Below, piece after piece: positions 60,250 through 64,000 of a DNA stretch of 64,000 nt (position 1 is its first letter; each line of letters starts with the position of its first letter). The position numbers and the translations under genes are program-made. The notes below the pieces were generated by a model, which did not search any database, had not been told where the DNA came from, and was given only the letters and a program-made list of their open reading frames with translations. Source of the stretch: Paracoccaceae bacterium (GTDB lineage: Bacteria; Pseudomonadota; Alphaproteobacteria; Rhodobacterales; Rhodobacteraceae); the NCBI GenBank assembly GCA_965199765.1, contig CBDATC010000001.1:58937-122936 (forward strand), read 5' to 3'.

Positions 60250-61575
60250 ATGGCAATCAAACGAAGCGACTTTCCCAAAGACTTCCAGTTCGGTGTTGCT
60301 GGATCCAGCTACCAGACCGAAGGACACCAATTCGGCGGAGCGGGACAGACTCATTGGGACAGTTTCGCAGCGACCCCTGGGAATGTCGTCGGCGGCCAGA
60401 ATGGCGCACTTGCCTGTGATCATTACAATCGTTGGCCGGAAGATCTGAGCCTAGCAGCTGACGCCGGGTTTGACACATGGAGATTTTCTGCATCTTGGGC
60501 AAGGGTGTTGCCGGAAGGGCGAGGTCAATCAAACACAGAAGGTTTGGACTTCTACGACCGGTTAGTCGACGGAATCTGTTCACACAACCTCAAACCCAAC
60601 CTCACGCTTTACCATTGGGAACTCCCCTCCCCACTTGCTGATTTAGGAGGTTGGACCAATCCCGATATGCCCAATTGGTTCGCGGATTATGCAACAATAT
60701 TGATGCGGAGAATCGGCGACCGCATTCACGCAGTCGCTCCGATCAATGAGCCGTGGTGCATCGCGTGGCTGAGTCATTTCCTTGGACAGCACGCTCCAGG
60801 GCTGCGCGATATCCGTGCCACCGCGCGGGCCATGCATCACGTGCCGCTAGCACACGGCAAAGCCGTGCAGGCCCTGCGCAGTCTGGGGATAAGGAATATC
60901 GGTCTGGTAGTAAATTTTGAATGCAGCCTTCCGGCAGATGACAGTGCTGCCGCTTTCGAAGCGGCGCGCCTTTATGATCAAATCTACAACCAATGGTTTC
61001 TCCGCGCCATTCGAAGAGGGAATTATCCTAATCTGGCTCTCATTGGACTGGAACCGCACCTTCCAACTGGCTGGGAAAAGGACTTCGCGGATATGTCAGC
61101 GCCGATCGATTGGATCGGACTCAACTATTACACGCGCAAATTGATCTCCGCTGGGCCGACTGGAATGTTCGGGGACTTCCTGGAAGTCGAAGGCTCGCTG
61201 CAAAAAACCGATTTAGGCTGGGAAATCTACAGCGAAGGTCTGGGTCATTTTCTTCGTATGGTCTGGGATGAATACGCAGACGGCCTGCCTCTTTATGTGA
61301 CCGAAAACGGGATGGCGGCAGCCGACTTGGTCACTGACGGTCGTATCGATGATGCAGTTCGGATCTCCTTTTTGTTGGACCATCTGAACGTAGTCAAGTC
61401 AGTGATCGATCACGGTATCGACGTGCGTGGATACTTTGTCTGGTCTTTACTGGACAATTTCGAATGGGCGCTCGGTTACGGAAAACGATTTGGCATTGTG
61501 CATGTTGACCATGAAACGTTCCAGCGAACACCGAAAGAGTCATATTTCGCACTCAAGGATTGCATGAGCCGATGA
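60250..61575 (+). CDS. beta-glucosidase, GH1
   Basis: FPKDFQFGVAGSSYQTEG, NEPW (acid/base Glu) and YVTENG (nucleophile Glu). The ORF track starts at 60226; ATG 60250 (MAIKRSDFP) fits GH1 N-termini best. Confidence 0.92.
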   Translation: MAIKRSDFPKDFQFGVAGSSYQTEGHQFGGAGQTHWDSFAATPGNVVGGQNGALACDHYNRWPEDLSLAADAGFDTWRFSASWARVLPEGRGQSNTEGLDFYDRLVDGICSHNLKPNLTLYHWELPSPLADLGGWTNPDMPNWFADYATILMRRIGDRIHAVAPINEPWCIAWLSHFLGQHAPGLRDIRATARAMHHVPLAHGKAVQALRSLGIRNIGLVVNFECSLPADDSAAAFEAARLYDQIYNQWFLRAIRRGNYPNLALIGLEPHLPTGWEKDFADMSAPIDWIGLNYYTRKLISAGPTGMFGDFLEVEGSLQKTDLGWEIYSEGLGHFLRMVWDEYADGLPLYVTENGMAAADLVTDGRIDDAVRISFLLDHLNVVKSVIDHGIDVRGYFVWSLLDNFEWALGYGKRFGIVHVDHETFQRTPKESYFALKDCMSR

Positions 61576-62537
61576 ATATGCACAACCACAGAGACACCGC
61601 AGCACCGTTGCTTGTAGCGGATGTCGGGGGAACGAATACACGGCTTGCTATTGCTATGGACGCCGAACTTCGGTCCGAAACGCTGCGTCGATATGACAAC
61701 AAACAATTCTCGAACCTTGAATCTGTAATAGAGCAATATCTTTCTGAGCAAACCAATGACAGGCTATGCGGCTGTTGCATAGCTGTTGCCGGTACAGTGA
61801 ACAACGGCCAAGGTCGACTGACGAACAGAGATTGGGTCATCTGCGCGGATTCTCTCTGCGAGGTTGTCGGGGCGGAACGGGTAGTCGTAATTAATGATCT
61901 GCAGGCGATCGGATATGGTGTGCACTTGCTTGGTTCGAGCGATGTGCAGGTCTTAAAAGCGGGGGCCAGCTATCAGGTCAATGACACAAAGCTGGTGATC
62001 AATGCAGGCACTGGTTTCAATGCTGTTGCGGTCCACACGACGGAATCGGGACGTTTTGTTGCGCCATCGGAGTGTGGACACTCAAGCCTAGCTGTATCCG
62101 AGGCAACGGAGAAAATGCTGAAACACCACATCGAAGATACCTATGGTTTCGCCTGCATTGAAGATGTCCTGTCCGGTCGGGGCACCGAGACTGTTCGCGC
62201 ATGGATTGCCGAACTGACCGGTTCCGACAATCAGCTGAATTCAAACAAATATGCTTATCAATCTGTCATGTCCGGGATACTCGGTTCAGTCACCGGGGAT
62301 CTCGCGCTGACCCACCTGCCATATGGTGGCATCTATTTGACCGGCGGTGTCATTCAGGCATTGCTGCCAAATCTGCATACCGACAGGCTTATAGATGCAT
62401 TCACTTCCAAAGGCCGATTCACAGACTTTATGGATCAGTTCAGCATTTGCCTTATTCGCGACGACCAACCAGCGCTACGAGGTTGCGCCGTATATTTCTG
62501 GCGGCAATCGCAGCCTCTCAACTCCTTGTGGTTCTGA
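61572..62537 (+). CDS. glk: glucokinase
   Basis: LLVADVGGTNTRLAI ATP-binding N-terminus of the Glk family. ATG 61572 forms an ATGA overlap with the beta-glucosidase stop codon; the ORF track starts at 61560. Confidence 0.88.
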   Translation: MNMHNHRDTAAPLLVADVGGTNTRLAIAMDAELRSETLRRYDNKQFSNLESVIEQYLSEQTNDRLCGCCIAVAGTVNNGQGRLTNRDWVICADSLCEVVGAERVVVINDLQAIGYGVHLLGSSDVQVLKAGASYQVNDTKLVINAGTGFNAVAVHTTESGRFVAPSECGHSSLAVSEATEKMLKHHIEDTYGFACIEDVLSGRGTETVRAWIAELTGSDNQLNSNKYAYQSVMSGILGSVTGDLALTHLPYGGIYLTGGVIQALLPNLHTDRLIDAFTSKGRFTDFMDQFSICLIRDDQPALRGCAVYFWRQSQPLNSLWF

Positions 62538-62846
62538 TTTTTTCTTGAGGATCTGGAGGATCTGTACGGCAAAGCACATGAAGCAAGGAGTGTTTTTTCG
62601 CCAACTTCAAACATTTTTTTGTTCGGTCGTACCGGCAACCAAAACCGCTAAGCTGAACACTCACTACAAACGCATCTATTTTAACCTCCAGTTCAACCGG
62701 ATTAGCACTGACGACCATCGTTCCTGTTCGGAGAAATTCGCAAATCATGTGAAGTTGTCCGAAACCCACCGCGCGCACGACGGCCTATGCCTCACGATTA
62801 GGATATGAATTTCCTCATGATTGCGCGTGGGTATACCAGCTGACGA

Positions 62847-62901
62847 ACATAACGGAGCCGCCGTCACATGATCGAAAGTGCGAAAGATTCTGGACACTAC
62901 C
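62847..62901 (+). mobile_element. IS256-family insertion sequence remnant: extreme right end only (last ~8 codons plus terminal repeat)
   Basis: ACATAACGGAGCCGCCGTCACATGATCGAAAGTGCGAAAGATTCTGGACACTACC is the reverse complement of 29795-29850, differing at three positions. Confidence 0.65.
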
Positions 62902-63233
62902 TCCTTTCTGCCGCAGCACGCGGTCGCAATGCAGACGATCAATCAGAGACCGGGTTGTAGGCAGATCGAACACCGCCTTGGCAAAAAATGCGCGGCCCGG
63001 CCTCATCGCGGAGAAAAGGAAAAAGTTTCTCTTGAAAAAATCCCCGGCGATCATTTATACTCTCTTGCAGGGACATCGGCCAAACCTCTGTTATTTTGTG
63101 GTTTTTACATTTGCAAGATACCACGGATGGCGGAGTCCTTGCAGCCCCGAAACCGCTCGATTTCAGCGTTTTCCGTCAGAAACCCGGGCGCGCGGCCTGA
63201 TTTTGCAAAGGGCTCGTAAGGCTATTTTGAGTA

Positions 63234-63247
63234 TCTCTTGCAAGAGA
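63234..63247. promoter_or_regulatory. perfect 14-bp palindrome TCTCTTGCAAGAGA upstream of the ybdK-like gene
   Basis: Read from the sequence, 44 nt upstream of ATG 63291. Related TCTCTTG(C/A)A / TTGCAAGA copies occur at 63028, 63061 and 63111. Confidence 0.4.
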
Positions 63248-63290
63248 ACCTGTGACTTCAAAGACCAACACAGCCGATAGGAAATCCGAA

Positions 63291-64000
63291 AATGATCTCG
63301 CGTCCCGAATTAACCCTTGGCATTGAGGAAGAGTATCTGATCATTGATCAGGAAACGACCGGTCTCGTTCCCACTCCCGACCCTCGATTTATTTTGGAAT
63401 GTCAAAAGCTGACGGCGGGCAAATCAACCAACGAATATATGCAATGCCAGATCGAGGTTGGCACATCACCGCATAAAACTGCGGCTGGAGCTGGCCAGGA
63501 ATTGGCCGAGCTGCGTTCTGCCGTCGCCAGCACCGCCGATAAGTTCGGTTATGCGATCATCGCGGCTTCCACCCATCCTTTTTCCAAATGGCGTGAACAA
63601 ACTCACACACCCAAGGAACGTTATAATGCCCTTCGTCAGGATCTCGGACAAAGCGCTCGGAGACTACTGATTTGCGGAATGCACATACATATCGGCATCG
63701 AAGATCCTGATCTCCGTATTGATTTGATGAATCAAGCCACTTACTTTCTTCCGCACATGCTCGCGCTTTCTTGTTCGTCGCCATTCTGGGAAGGTGACGA
63801 TACATCTCTTGCATCCTACCGTCTTGCTGTATTTGACTCTTTGCCACGAACCGGTCTGCCGGATACGCTAAGTTCATTCGCCGAATACGAACGGCTTGTC
63901 AGTCATCTCGTTGACTCAAAGTGTTTGGAAGACGGATCGAAACTTTGGTGGGATATAAGGCCATCTTCGAAGTTTCCAACAATCGAGCAGCGCATTACCG
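63291..64000 (+). CDS. carboxylate-amine ligase, glutamate-cysteine ligase family 2 (YbdK-like); 5' part, runs off the right edge
   Basis: The translation MISRPELTLGIEEEYLIIDQ...CQIEVGTSP...GMHIHIG...SSPFW...LWWDIRPS matches YbdK/GCS2 family motifs. It is absent from the ORF track because there is no stop codon in the window. Confidence 0.85.

Noticed and set aside
62547-62564. Tandem 9-bp duplication GAGGATCTG-GAGGATCTG just after glk.
   Set aside because: Only two short units are present, which is most simply a slippage artefact without functional implication.

Overview
The window looks like gene-dense chromosomal DNA of a roughly 50% GC alphaproteobacterium. The taxon is a guess based on gene content and Sinorhizobium-like agl/agp synteny. 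I support about 55 CDS, 3 tRNA genes, 4 decayed IS256-family fragments, and several hairpins and operator-like palindromes.

Left to right:
- **Alpha-galactoside locus:** partial GH4 melA, a small unknown ORF, an AraC regulator, a family-5 SBP ABC importer and dgoA.
- **M48 peptidase.**
- **Sarcosine oxidase:** soxBDAG.
- **Housekeeping block:** ccmI, ruvX, a DUF1289 protein and dusA.
- **dusA to tRNA interval:** an 875-bp stretch with no credible gene, then a 719-aa orphan with a PcfJ-like C-terminal motif, then tRNA-Asp, tRNA-Val and tRNA-Val.
- **More housekeeping:** lon, tgt, an orphan fused TRAP permease, sufT, an iscA-like gene, tpiA, lpdA, a DUF924 protein, an esterase, alkA, an MFS transporter, cimA and cysS.
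- **Amine-related genes:** an aminotransferase, a group II PLP decarboxylase and a desaturase.
- **LacI-controlled TRAP operon:** dctPQM with a dehydrogenase, a TIM-barrel enzyme and a divergent PanB-like protein.
- **Sugar catabolism:** edd-eda, aglREFGAK (alpha-glucoside ABC importer and GH13 alpha-glucosidase), a GH1 beta-glucosidase, glk and a partial ybdK-like ligase.

I see no CRISPR array, prophage, secretion system, secondary-metabolite cluster or recognisable defence system, and no convincing novel multi-gene system. The best leads are the TRAP/dehydrogenase/isomerase/PanB-like operon, whose pathway I do not recognise, and the dusA-to-tRNA interval with the PcfJ-like orphan. All homology calls come from motif recognition by eye and need database confirmation.
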